NCBI GenBank assembly: GCA_030141605.1
Contig: JAQGDQ010000787.1
Span: forward strand, 31,938 to 95,937
From: Tubiluchus corallicola
Taxonomy: Eukaryota > Animalia > Priapulida
Direction of reading: 5' to 3'
Length of the DNA stretch: 64,000 bases
The notes beneath the pieces were generated by a model, which was not told where the DNA came from, made no database searches, and saw nothing but the letters and a program-made list of their open reading frames with translations. Of this stretch, positions 49,501-62,699 are shown in pieces. The first letter of the stretch is position 1. Each line of letters begins with the position of its first letter. The position numbers and the translations under genes were made by a program.

Positions 49501-49786
49501 CATGGATGCCTTCAGGTGGAACATGGAAGACATGGTTGTTGAAGATTCCCTCTTTGGGGAGATGACGTCTCCGCTGCCAGCTATGCACATGGAGCCAAAA
49601 ATGAATTACGAACTTGGAGAGAATCTGTACACCGCTCCCTTATACAAAACTGGTGCCAGAGCAGGCGTATTGTCCACAACTGGTCATTCCACGAACTTTG
49701 TTGTGCCTGTTCATCTGCCCAGCATGCAGCCACAGGATTATTGGATATCAAAGGGAGCAGCCTTGCTTTGTCAGCTCAATGATTGA
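37511..49786 (+). CDS. DNAH6: Axonemal inner-arm dynein heavy chain 6, 4091 aa, single-exon CDS
   Basis: Complete domain order: tail/linker (FPRFYFLSNDELLEILSQ), AAA1 GPAGTGKTET..CFDEFNRI, AAA2 GPTCGGKT, AAA3 GTTGVGKS, AAA4 GVGGTGKQS, stalk/MTBD, AAA5-6, and C-terminus YKTGARAGVLSTTGHSTNFVV..YWISKGAALLCQL. Motifs such as KSVLVMAGSLKRENP and QQLLTIRNAK recall vertebrate DNAH6. Confidence 0.95.
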   Translation: MSTNFEKKQIKARKFSAVSGTSQNISPQRWQPLPALTRYQTKKEQLTIKTELREEVDETKTKEKAAKLVKDVYAEKLSDKLQEQTPIRDEKLSLPKLHKSFLEQQKKMSFSRRTVSRTLSPICPAVSKAQLAPGVDLNVLMSITDLLTIVEILKQNPDLGFLYLTSAVPKSSVHYHPYNLKVVRYSERDKCSYYTFSPYGVMHITDEGHTFTDLDRWTHEYRYYQELIKIPIFKLAKTRKAFTFWRKTVRRTKYRKSREKIKENLFITNHCLRPALLNVREMTCAISHMSMCDIKEGRTYTLEGFVKEQLTQLQDVAARLREFRDLVAEVVRNACKVTLVTDGFTPDNYNADDSTDIPIDNKIVVWGDAPEKMTYTEQATKRSKCLRLTCFVRLADYLVLNALHVLTVNSIEFLLNKFQTLVDKTGNLPNNCTKDVDERKSTHLSRPSLAVKSSTAVDAGSTLDTIRLDVPLFVTQMQLPKKVLTFRPSRYYFQVDIEKVIDAFKTTAFALETLTPDATFDPFICPYINRKKESRTCGNGPRLEEIVADDGRIKQIIAEVKAHISKAFAYCEEFSKIFDPVRSFYLENEALDKKLLIKETCDLDFFQSALETYSRQSVQASTLLDQTPIGLLLVDTLALKEQIIPSPRRCLDVIYDIMPTLAKTKTDELITETEDGVHRLQAKPETTMDYVNKLSFLDSVQMRIDILEQDVDIVQDMYDLIEKYAVPVPPEDLAVFSTLSGCAYSLRSAIDRGVSERDALIDKLAVILSKDMASLNKSVKAVFTDIQNPVLLDPDVNQEEIWSLLNCLQESMDELQAQASEFIGYQKMFNVEVVPFEGAEAQNDLKLRQTLWKSVKEWSDVVNGWYTCEFEKIEPEQLTVEITKYVRLVQQLEKGLPMNKILPELKEEVEEMRHKLPVISNLRNPALKSRHWEAIENVLDRSIMPDEVITLFLLEQINAFGRSEEIQNISGEASAEASLETILKKVEDAWKTAEFIVLPHKDSKDVFILGGTDDIQQLFEDSSINIGTIANSRHVGPIKPRVDEWVKNLQLFGQTLDQWLECQRNWLYLENVFCAPDIQRQLPVEAKMFSQVDKSWKDIMRKVNKIPLAIRAATQPGLLETLQTNNALLEQVQKCLEDYLESKRVIFPRFYFLSNDELLEILSQTRNPQAVQPHLRKCFDAIAYLQFGTQDDKPTNEILAMNSPEGEHVVLQKGLKARGNVEEWLGKVEEAMVSTLHKATKLAIAEFSEESRTNWVISHPSQVVLTASQIIWCRTLEQCLNADDDRYGLLEMFLEKCFCDLNELASLVRGDLSKLERSTICALITVDVHSRDIVTGMIEAEVDEIHHFEWQKQLRYYWNLEIDNCLVCMSNSSYVYGYEYLGASSRLVITPLTDRCYLCLMGALQLKLGGAPAGPAGTGKTETVKDLAKSLAKQCVVFNCSEGLDYKIMARFFAGLAQSGAWFCFDEFNRIDIEVLSVIAQQLLTIRNAKVANLKTFAFEGRDIKLVPSCAAFITMNPGYAGRTELPDNLKSLFRPQAMMVPDYSLIAEVILYSEGFESSKSLAKKMTQMYKLCSEQLSQQDHYDFGMRAVKSVLVMAGSLKRENPDKSEDVVLIRALRDSNLPKFLSHDVELFQAILQDLFPGVVLPEHDYGSFEKFIIESMIRHDLKAVPTSVKKIIQLFETMQVRHGVMLVGPTCGGKTTCYEILKDTLTDLYEAKIEHPDYRPVSTYVLNPKSVTLGELYGEVNKLTLEWRDGILAQIVRAACQDLKDEHKWVVCDGPVDALWIENMNTVLDDNKMLCLANSERIKLPPNIHMLFEVQDLAVASPATVSRCGMVYVDPEELGWKPYVETWIPRLDAKGIRPELTDYILELFHRYVDDGLRFVKKKCVQAMEQVDLGKVATLCYLLESLLTAEDGPNLDMAGIQLNGLIYMTFVFCYFWAIGGNLSECSGEEFNAFVHEQFEDKDARIPSGEELWKYYVDYETQQFELWDRVVPRFNYSKTLPFFDMLVPTVYSVKFSFLMEKLVTVHKPVLFTGTTGVGKSVIASSLLNKATKRGKYLSMFINFSAQTSSNRMQSMIEGKLEKHKKNVLGPPSDKRMVIFVDDLNMPKLDTYGCQPPIELLRQYLGFGGFYDRDQLFWKEIHNVTLCAACAPPGGGRNPVTLRLIRFFSMFCIPSPDESSLKHIFSCIITGFLADYNHAVKQSAEYVVKSAVEIYNRMSTDLLPTPAKSHYVFNLRDLSKCIQGMLQVSPIVVKSQQQLLRLFHHEALRVFHDRLINQEDKLYFHNILAEVSYRQFHEHIDPVSFTASPIIFGDFVKTEVEKADRLYEDLLDMDKVKKALDKYLDDYNMESSKELKLVFFLDAVEHISRIARVIRQERGNALLVGVGGTGKQSVTKLASHFCGCDCFQIELCRGYDYTAFREDLKALYFAAGLENKSTVFLFSDTQIVVEEFLEDINNMLNSGEVPNLFEPEDYEQIMIKCRDPAEAAGVVDNDRDGIFQFFINRVRNNLHIVLCMSPVGNSFRNRCRMFPSLINCCTIDWFTEWPQDALLSVSEALFEQVDLGDDTVKNKISAMCSEIHLSVTELTEKFYAELRRRYYTTPTSYLELINLYICMYKKKKEEIISARDRVKNGLSKLLETNELIGKMEVELVALEPVLKRKSEEVTKLMKELSVDKQKADKVRKVVMVDEAKATMKADETAAIAADAQRDLDEALPALEASVKALDALDKNDISEVKVFSKPPEMVLTVMEAVCILLGAKPDWEMSKKLLSDAGFLKRLVDYDKDSIPDSTLKKLKKYIENPKFVPEVVEKTSKACKSLCMWIIAIDLYAKVVKVVEPKRKKLAIAQKELDATNAVLKEQQDKLHKVEDNIKSLQQKYEDTVREKSELQGNIQQTSNRLKRASVLTTALADEEERWKISALSFEDDLNNIVGNVFVAAACVAYYGAFTSQYRDQLVGPWVAKCKQLQIPISSDFNLIKILGDPYKIRQWNIDGLPRDDFSTENALLATNSNRWPLLIDPQDQANHWIMQMEAKNNLQIVKQTDSNFMRTVENCIRIGMPILIEEVQESLDPALKPVLLKQTFIEGGRPVIRLGESVVDYDPNFRLYLTTKLANPHYLPEICIKVTIINFTVTLSGLEDQLLSDVVSLERPDLETERNKLIVEINNNKNQLKNIEDKILHMLYNSEGNVLDDEELVNALNDSKVTSGVIARELKNAVTTEEKITKAREKYRSVAARGSVLYFVIVDLAEIDPMYQYSLKYFKQLFSMCIENSEKSENLQTRLQTLLDQSLLTVYTNVSRGLFERHKLLFSFMLCTSIMRQDDVIKQSEWNFFVRGPAGIDKERREKEDLPWLSQAMWNMCCDLADTIPAFASLTDVVTKCNCYVTIGETKVSINPTEWPTYKPDLSKNCDDGYWNGRLSDFQKLMFVKAFREEKVLFAVTDFVRRNLSQTFVESPPVELQLLYEDISYKIPLVFILSTGSDPMGAFMRFAREKNYADKVQTISLGQGQGPVAEKLIASALETGEWVFLQNCHLAASWMLTMETLIKSFSTKDAEINKNFRLFLSSMPVKSFPVSVLQNSVKVTNEPPKGLRANIRRAFGELTPEAFEEHHLGMDWKKIIFGICFFHAIVQERKKFGPLGWNIQYDFSDSDRECAIENLKIFCAESAIPWEALIYITGQITYGGRVTDYWDERCLRTVLKRFFAPETLETDYKYSESGMYYAPEYMSLQEYRDYINDLPIADDPEIFGMNYNANISYQIEETNKLITTLMNVQPRLVGGGTGESNDDTVHDLSVNILDKLTEKLDIEEAPEALFELDANGRINSLTTVLSQEVDRFNNLLRIIKDSLQTLQKAIKGFVVMSEELENVYNAFLNNRVPELWESAAYPSLKPLGSWVTDLVMRTAFIDDWIHHGHPFSYWMSGLFFPQGFLTGTLQNHARKYGLPIDQLSFEFHVLPLYRHQAEYFAVRDKMRFGRKLAIDEELPCIEDGVIVHGIFMDAFRWNMEDMVVEDSLFGEMTSPLPAMHMEPKMNYELGENLYTAPLYKTGARAGVLSTTGHSTNFVVPVHLPSMQPQDYWISKGAALLCQLND

Positions 49787-50646
49787 TGGTGCTTATAATA
49801 TTTTCTTACTTAACTTATTCAGTTTTTGTATTATAATTGTTAAGTATTTATAATAGAGGTATATTCAATTTGCCTCACTTTTTGTGACTCAAACTTTGCA
49901 CAGCTGCTAAGTTCATTGTGCTATCTTTACAGTCTTCCAGTTAATGTCTGGTATTGTGTGATATTCCGTACACATTTGTTACTATAACTACCTGAAAATT
50001 GTAGTGAGATCAGAGATATACACAATTGACGGGTGTTTTATAATTGTTGTCTGACATATACTATAATTCGTATAAAATTATATAGTCCTTCTTATCTGAA
50101 AGATGAAAGCTATAGTATATTATAGCTATAAACCATAGATTTTTTGAAGTACATTACAGAAATCCAACTATGCACATACAGTCAAATGTCTTTATACTGC
50201 CTACTTTGGGACTGTAAGGTTTGGCACTGTAACAAGGTGCATTAATTCATGCATATCTATGGAAATATAGGCATTTGTTTTGTTGAAAATTTGGGCATTA
50301 GGCATTATAATGACGTTTAACTGTATACTAATAAGTTTTATCTACGATTTACCACTGATTTACATCAAATTAACTCTTAGGTGTTAATACTATAATAACT
50401 TCTACGTATGCTGTAATTTGTGATACATTTTACTTTTTTACGATATTCAGTATTTTGTGCTCGTCCTTGTGGGCATGTCTATGTTCACATTATGTAAGTG
50501 CAAATCATTAACTATTTTTAAACATAAATTAACCCTCGCAGTAATAATATGTCTGCTTCCAAGAATAAAAAAATTACATTTAAGAGTGATATCTTAAAAA
50601 TCGCATTGATTTTTTTTTTGAAGTTCAAAGCATGTTTGTGTATAAC

Positions 50647-51036
50647 CAGGCCCTATTTCAGGGGGGGGGGGATATGGGGACTCACCCTCCAGAGGGGGCT
50701 TCGTGCAGAGGTAACATTTTTTTGCTTTATGCGAACATACTGCCTCCTCTCTCCCCCTCTCTCTCTTGAGAGTGAGAGTATGGTATTACATATTGCAAAG
50801 ATGTTGTTTTTGATTTGACGATTTGATAAGTATTGACTGGTCTTGAGAATAAAGCAGTTTTTCTTTCAATTGTTCTTTCCTTTAACAACTGTATAACTCC
50901 ATATTTTCTCTTCGAAAATGCTTCTCTGGCGTTCTAGCAGTTCAAAAATTTTCTGGGCGCCAACCGTGGTGGCGACCCCGAGGGGGCCTCACACGCCCCA
51001 CTTCCCCGGGCCTCGCTTAGGCTGAAATAGGCCCTG
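50647..51036. mobile_element. hAT-like MITE
   Basis: TIR CAGGCCCTATTTCAG / CTGAAATAGGCCCTG (1 mismatch). Confidence 0.65.
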
Positions 51037-51158
51037 TAACCTGTTTTCGTATTAGACCTACAATTTTACTCTTTATAATACTATCATGTGTTGTTTGTGT
51101 GACTGAGTGTCTGTCTTGAGTCTTGCTATTTCACAGAAGTCCACAAAATTGCTCCATA

Positions 51159-52996
51159 CAGTCTCAAAGTTTGTTTCAGACTACGCGTTCAGTTACAAAG
51201 TTTGCTTAAGACTAGAAGCTTTCAGTCAGTCTCAAAGTTATGTCAAACTAGAACCTTTCAGTTAGTCTCAAAGTTTATTTAAGACTAGAAGCTTTTGCTC
51301 AGTGTCAGAGTTTGTTTCAGACTAGAAGCTTTTGGTCATGCTCAAAGTCTATTTTAGACTAGAAGCTTTTGGTCAGTGTCAATTTTTTTTCAAATTATAA
51401 AATTTCGCTTTTAAGGTGACACACTTTCTAGCTGACGAAGGTTGAAATCAAAAGCTTCTAGTCTGAAATAAACTTTGAAACTGACCAAAAGTTTCTAGTT
51501 TTGAAATAAACTTCGAGACTGACCGAAAGCTTCTACCCTGCAATAAACTTTGAGACTGACCAATGGTTTCTACCCTGTAATAAACTTTGAGACTGAACAA
51601 AAGTTTATAGTCTGTAATAAACTTTGAAACTGACCAAAGGTTCCTAGTTCTGAAATAAACTTTGAGACTGACCAAAAGCTTCTAGCCTTTTATAAACGTT
51701 GAGACTGACTGAAAGCTTCTAGTCTGACATAAACTTTGAGACTGAGCAAAAGCTTCTAGTCTGACATAAACATTGAGACTGAGCAAAAGCTTCTAGTCTG
51801 ACATAAACTTTGAGACTGACTGAAAGCTTCTAGTCTGACATAAACTTTAAGACTGAGCAAAAGCTTCTAGTCTGACATAAACATTGAGACTGAGCAAAAG
51901 CTTCTAGTCTGACATAAACTTTGAGACTGACTGAAAGCTTCTAGTCTGACATAAACTTTGAGACTGATTGAAAGCTTCTAGCCTGACATAAACTTTGAGA
52001 CTGACCAAAAGTTTCTAGTTCTGAAATAAACCTTGAGACTGACTGAAAGCTTCTAGTCTGACATAAACTTTGAGACTGATTGAAAGCTTCTAGCCTGACA
52101 TAAACTTTAAGACTGAGCAAAAGCTTCTAGTCTGACATAAACATTGAGACTGACTGAAAACTTCTAGTCTGACATAAACTTTAAGACTGAGCAAAAGCTT
52201 CTAGTCTGACATAAACATTGAGACTGAGCAAAAGCTTCTAGTCTGACATAAACTTTGAGACTGACTGAAAGCTTCTAGTTTGACATAAGCTTTGAGACTG
52301 ACTGAAAGCTTCTAGCCTGACATAAACTTTGAGACTGATTGAAAGCTTCTAGCCTGACATAAACTTTAAGACTGAGCAAAAGCTTCTAGTCTGACATAAA
52401 CTTTGAGACTGACCAAAAGTTTTTAGTTCTGAAATAAACCTTGAGACTGACTGAAAGCTTCTAGTCTGACATAAACTTTGAGACTGACCAAAAGTTTTTA
52501 GTTCTGAAATAAACTTTGACACTGACTGAATGCTTCTAGCCTGACATAAACTTTGAGACTGCCCGAAAGCTTCTAGCCTGACATAAACTTTGAGACTGAT
52601 TGAAAGCTTCTAGTCTGACATAAACTTTGAGACTGACTGAAAGCTTCTAGTCTGACATAAACTTTGAGACTAACTGAAAGCTTCTAGCCTGACATAAATT
52701 TTGAGACTGACTGAAAGTTTCTAGCCTGACATAAACCTTGATACTGACTGAAAGCTTCTAGCCTGACATAAACTTTGACACTGACTGAATGCTTCTAGTC
52801 TGACATAAACTTTGAGACTGACTGAAAGCTTCTAGCCTGACATAAACTGTGAGACTGACTGAAAGCTTCTAGTCTGACAAACTTTGAGACTGACTGAAAG
52901 CTTCTAGCCTGACATAAACTTTAAGACTGACTGAAAGCTTCTAGTCTGACATAAACTTTGAGACTGACTGAAAGCTTCTAGTCTGACATAAACTTT
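51159..52996. repeat. 37-bp minisatellite: ~6 inverted units (51159-51385), a spacer, then ~42 forward units (51449-52996)
   Basis: Unit GAGACTGACTGAAAGCTTCTAGTCTGACATAAACTTT. The left block reads as its reverse complement (AGACTAGAAGCTTTCAGTCAGTCTCAAAGTT). Confidence 0.95.
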
Positions 52997-53446
52997 CTTC
53001 TCAGTGATGCGCAAAGACTTTTGAAAGGGCAGGCACCCAACCAAAAAAGGGCATTTCCTTAGTGAAATTACCGTGGGCATAAACTATATATGCTGAGTAT
53101 GTTTTTGCCAACGTGTTTTATAATTATTATTATAAGTGTTTTTATTACAGACTATATTTCACTATTGGGTGGAAATAAAATAAATAAAAATGAAAAAAAA
53201 ATCACAATCTAGTGTTTTCCGCTCGAGCGTGTGTGCGGGGCCCAATATGAGCAAATCTGCCTAATTCCGGCCCTCGATACAGCCTGGGGGTCCATCCGAT
53301 TTTAATACCCTTTGGCATAAAAACTTAGCATCAGGTCTCACGCTACCCATTGAGTTATCGTTTCTACGGTCGGGCCCAACAGCGAATCAAATTTTCCCAA
53401 TCTCCGAAGCTCCGCCTCTTGCGAACCGGCCACGTTGACACTGTAA

Positions 53447-57245
<3,799 letters not shown>

Positions 57246-58307
57246 AAGGTGCCGCCATTTTTACTTTCACCTTCCAACATATTTGAGAAAATGCACAAAT
57301 CATGGTGAATTTCTGGTTAATTATGATTAGTTACATTATGCAAAATCAGGGTTATGCAAAACACTGCCTAATGAACCACTTGATATAGTTTTAAATGTAT
57401 GAGTTTTACCACCAAAACAAACTCACAATGTTGCAGACAACAGAAAACTTATCATGAAATCATGTAGTAATCTTGACCAGTGTGCACTCTCTCATGATCT
57501 GTGATATAATTTCTGCAGTTTGTCGATAACAGTAGTCGGTTAAATTGACACTATTTTGTTACAACGTTTGCGAATTTTGACCGCACATTCGGGACCAAGG
57601 TAGAATGATTGCGAACTGTAACTCTTGCGTTTTCAATTATTTTTAGTAAAATGTGCGAATCTGATTCACAGAAATGTCTATAGTGGGGTGTTATATGATC
57701 AAAAAATGTGTGCTGCAGTTATAACTACTTTAGCTGCAGTTTAAAATAACTGCTAGCATCCACTTAAGTAAATACATGACTGGCTGTTCATTTCAAAACA
57801 GTCAGTTGGAATACCTCAACAATTTGGACATGATTACTCAACTCTACTGTAGAATATATATATACAAAAATGTGTAAATTTATGAAAATTCATACCGAAA
57901 ATCCACAGTGCGAAAAGCAAATAAAACGATTTCTAAGTAGTTAACTTCGTTAGTACATTGCCAAAGAACTGTTAGTACTAATGCCTGTTTACAGTGTTGT
58001 TGTTCATGTTTGATGCAAAGGTTTCTCTTATTGCCACGAACAGGCATTAGTCAGCAATTGAATTAAGTTGGAGTAACAAAAGTTTATTTTTTCTGTCATT
58101 TCGCAATGTGCTACATGATTTTGTAAGTTTGCTATTTAAAATTGTTTTATTTGTTTTTCTCAACGTGGATTTTGTGACCTCGATATTAATTTTTGTACAT
58201 TATATTTTTATTAGGTAGAATTGCATGATCGTGACCATGTTATGGTTGAGACATTGTAAATGATGCTGTTGGAATAAATCAGTGGTACCTAATCTTTTAC
58301 TAGCCAA

Positions 58308-58765
58308 GTCTTCTTCTTCTTCCCAGCTTTTCCCTATTCGTGGTCGCCATTTTGAATGAGTCTTCTCCACGCATTCCTGTTGTTGACCATCTCTTCATTT
58401 ATGTCTTCCCTTCCCACATGATCTTCGCCGACTCTTCTTTTCAGGTGTCCATACTATCGCAATCTTGCGAGGCTTCCACTACTTTTACTGTTCCTCTGAT
58501 ATTGTTATTTCTAATTTTATCTCTTCTTGTTATTCCCACCATCCATCTCAACATCCTCATCTCCACCACACCCATTTTCTTCTCTTCGGTCTTCTTTAGA
58601 GAAGCCGCTTCCAGCCCATAGGTTAGAGCGGGTCAGACCACTTCTTTGCACTCACGGACTCATTCATAGAATGTTTTGGCGCAGTTTTTACAGGCGGATG
58701 CCCTTCCTGACCCTAACCCTCCCTATTTATCCAGGCTTGGGACCGGCACTGAGTTGGGCTACCCT
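58308..58765 (-). mobile_element. SINE-like element with a V-SINE-type core joined to an RTE-derived 3' end
   Basis: Minus strand has GGTCAGGAAGGGCATCCGCCTGTAAAA (V-domain-like), then VEMRMLRWMVGITRRDKIRNNNIRG and ..WRRLIQNGD (RTE ORF end), then a (GAA)n tail. Confidence 0.6.
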
Positions 58766-59708
58766 TTCGAAATTCAGCAATCTGCCACGTACCCCTTAAC
58801 ATTTTTTAGCAATGTGAGTTTCAAGAAGACATTTTTACTACCGTGATTTAACTATACAAGCGTGATTTAGTTATACAAGCAAAACCGATAAACAAAACAA
58901 CCAAATTCAAGAACAAAGTCCAAGAGGAGGGGCGATCAGATGTCAAATCAGAAAACGAACTTGCAGTCGAATTGTGAAGTAGCCTTAATGGCCGCCTCAT
59001 TGATGCAACCTCGCCTACCTCCATCCGCCGATGCATTGGCTGTGCCAAAAGTCTATTTTACTTAATAAATTTACCCAGTTGTAATACCAGGCAGTGTGCA
59101 GTGAATTACCCAAAAAATACTTTTTGTTTCAAAAACAATGACTTTTTAAAATACAAACAGTCATGATATTTAAGGATTTGAATCTTGTAGCACATTCTCC
59201 TCACACCTTTTGTGCCACGGGGCAGTTACTCCTATAAAATCCGCACTCTGTGCGTGTACGCTGTACAGTCAAAAAACAATACTCTGGTTTTGCTGTTTTG
59301 TACCCCAGGTTAGGAACCACTGGAATAAATAGTCGTGTCTTTGCTTAATTGGGTGCTAGCATTTATTTTCCTCTTAAGAATTCAGTTTGCCCATTATTAA
59401 TCTGTAGAAGTTTTTTAAGTGTCTAGGCATTATTATTTGCAAAGAGCGCGCTGAATGCTAGGTTATAAAAGAAAATCATGTGACTATTCAGTGTGAATTC
59501 ATTGATGACATTTTAAAACTAAATGAAATTTGTTAGACAATTTTGTTTGGTTTTATCTTCACTAATATTAATTTAACATTAAGTGTTGGATTAAAATTAT
59601 TATGCTTTTGTATAATCTATAACATCCTGGGCTAAAAGTTTACTTAAAGCAAAACTGGACCTAATGTTAAAATGTAGGTCAAAAGAATCAATTCTTTAAA
59701 ATATTGAA

Positions 59709-60265
59709 AGGAAACATACCGTTTTTTCAAAAATGACTTACGTGAAAGAATTGTTACCACACAAGCGCAATTTCACGTTCGCGTCACTAGTTCTTCGCTG
59801 TTACATGCATTTTGCCATTCGCTAATTAGATGGGCACTAGCACCTGGATCTCAGAAACGTATTACACAAAAACAAGTGATGTACCTGTCAGTTCAGATGT
59901 GTTAGTTTCTGACACAGTACACACGTTCAACAGCTCGTGCGTGAGCACAGCGATAAATTTGAAATTTGAATTTCTATCTTAAAACTTGTGTAGTTTTAGT
60001 ACAACACACAGAATATCTTACAGTAGCACTGTACTTCAATTTTCGCTTTCGCAAACACGTGGAACACGCTCGTAGAATATTTTTGCTGTTGAAAGTTATG
60101 TTAGTTTGTGATGTCATGAATAGTTGGGCTTGCCCGCCGTTAATAAAATTTTTAATCTGTTATTTTATTATCAGAAACGCTTTTGCAGTATTAATAGTGC
60201 TAAAACATATACTCTTTATCGGACTTGAAAAGGGGGTAGTATATGAAAAATCATCCTGTCTTCCT
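59709..60265. mobile_element. Kolobok-like MITE, decayed
   Basis: AGGAAACA...TGTCTTCCT|TTAA. Internal TTAGATGGGCAC motif is shared in inverted form with ~32325-32362. Confidence 0.45.
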
Positions 60266-60815
60266 TTAAAAACCACAACAGCAGCGGGAGTTTACTTCAA
60301 TTTCGTTTTTTTATTGCAGCTTTTCAGGCTATGTGTATTGTATATGTTACTGTGATGTTTTTACAGCATTCCCAATTGAAAACCCGCGTGAGCGTTATAC
60401 GATCAAAATGTTCTTTTGCCGTTATTCAATCAGATCACTTAGCGCACAAGACCTTGTTGCCGTTGCCAAAATGTAGCCGTTAGTTTTGCTGAATCATTTT
60501 TTCCGTTACCGTTACCGTCGAAGGATAGAGGTTAAGCATAAATAGCTTATGGACCTCTCCACTCTTCCTTGTTTACTTTATTAATATAAAAAATGAACAA
60601 AATAGGTGGCCACACTGCGATCATGAAGCGTAGCACAAGGTTTCTTGTTGCATTGTGGCAACCTGGGGTCTATATAGTTTTCAAGATTGCATTTCCAATG
60701 TCTATCGAGACGAGACTTAAACTGGGTATTGTATGTGTTTAATTTGTTAAATTTAAGTAACCGTATGACTTGTAAAGCGATTCATGCAATTTTTTCCAAT
60801 TTCTGGTTCGATTTA

Positions 60816-61314
60816 CAGTCAACCTCGGATATAACGGACACCTCCGGACCGGAAAAAATCGTCCCTTATATCCGATGTCCCTTATAGCCGATGTTGAGTC
60901 AGACCGAGGGTGTATCTAGACCTGTACTTTTCTGTACTTTTACCCATATTTTTATGGATTATTGCTACACATTCAGTGCAAACGGTATGTAGGAAGCTCC
61001 TTCAGTGATGCGAGATGTATGTGACTGCGGAAACCGAGCTGTTCGAAGACCGAGTTTGCGAAAAATTGAAGTTAAAAATCGATCATTTTCGCTTTGATCA
61101 TAGGGTCCCTTATATGCGAGGTAATTTCCCTGGGTTTTTGTTACGCGGGACCTGAAGATATCGTCCCTTAGAACCGAAAGTCGTTTACATCCGAGTACCT
61201 TATATACGAAGATTTTTATAACAAAAAACGTTACGAAAAATCGGGACCGGTGTTGGTGGTCCGTTATAAGCGAATGTCCCTTATAAACGAGTACCTTGTA
61301 CCCGAGGTTGACTG
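60816..61314. mobile_element. Tc1/mariner-pogo type MITE
   Basis: TA|CAGTCAACCTCGG...CCGAGGTTGACTG|TA with GTCCCTTATA subterminal repeats. Confidence 0.85.
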
Positions 61315-62130
61315 TATTTTAAATGGCTCATTTGAAAAAGTTAAAGGAAAAGACAAGTTACTTTTCATGCTGGGTTTGTTTGTTTTACTTAAACTCTCTT
61401 GGAGTTTAGACTGGCTTTTTGCAAATTTCTTTGTCATCTTTTTCTGCCTCTAAAGCATAAAGTTCATTTATAATGGCACAGTGGTAGCTACCGTTCACTT
61501 GAAAATTATGACGTAACTGGTGGATTTTGTGACGTTTTTATAAGCGCATGCTTAAACACGCACTGCTTAAGCTAATTTGAACTTCTCCAGCTTACATAAT
61601 GTTCATACAATAATATCAAAACTAGCTACATAATTTTTTGTAAAAAAGGTATTATACTTTTGATGGAAATCGAGGGTGCGCTACTTTTCGTTAGCCGATG
61701 AATGATGTCATTGATGGAAAAAGGGGGGTTTAAAATTGCAACGTCCAAGCTGAAAATGCCTGCAACATTAAAGTGATTTTACTAATTATCACACTTTTGT
61801 TACTAAATGCTAAAATTTTCCGCAAATATTGAAATACGCCCAACTTCCCAGAAAGCTTGACTTTTCCTTTAAAGCCATTCTTTATGAGTAAAAGGTGAAC
61901 GTATAAATAATTCGTGCAGCAGGGTCATCATTATTCATAAACACTGTAGTTCATGGAAAGGAAGTTTTTTGACTTGTAGTTTGTAAAAACAGATTTTTGT
62001 TTGATGCACTTTCAAGCCATGCAGTGTTTAAGGTGTTGTTTTGTGAATAATTTAAATAAATATTTGTCGTCTGACAATTTTCGATATGTATTTTTCGTTG
62101 CAATTGTCAAACATATTCTTCGCAACTTAA

Positions 62131-62463
62131 CCCTTTCAGTCCAGACTTTTTCAAAAACACAACAAAAGCAAAAAATGTGCTTCATTTTGCAACAGCTGAT
62201 AATTTTTTAAAGTATTTAAGACATTTAGTATGCATGCTATGCTGATCTGTACAAAGTCGTCTCTAAAGTACTGTACCTTGAGCAGTTTTTTATGCTATGT
62301 AGATTTTCTAGTTTGCCATTTTATCACCATTTTTAGTTTATTGTTATTGGCTTAAATCAAAATAATTATTAACAGATCAAATAATTGCCAGTTTTAGAAT
62401 TTTATTAATTTTAAAGGCAGAAAATGTTCTCGTATCCCACGGGATACAACGGGTATGAAAGGG
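62131..62463 (-). mobile_element. piggyBac-type MITE
   Basis: TTAA|CCCTTTCA...TGAAAGGG|TTAA; reverse complement of 13218-13551. Confidence 0.85.
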
Positions 62464-62699
62464 TTAATAAGCATTTGAAAAAGTAGCTGTCAAAACTATT
62501 TCACATCTTTGTCTTATTCAGTAGTGAACATTCTTGTGTTTGGTGGTTTTCAAGAAAAGGAAAGCCGAGTTTTCAATATTATTTAATGCCTTAGCATAGT
62601 ACGTACACACACGACATAAATCCGCTTGTCTTTATTTTCTAAGGTGTTTTAACAGCTCTAATCTGCAAATTAAGCTAAGCGGATTTACATTAATTTCGT

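Noticed and set aside
38048-49853. Many short antisense and alternate-frame ORFs within DNAH6
   Set aside because: Expected shadows of a long coding sequence, with no recognisable motifs.
51449-52996. CRISPR-like 37-bp periodic array
   Set aside because: The units are contiguous with no unique spacers, there are no cas genes, and the context is eukaryotic. It is a minisatellite.
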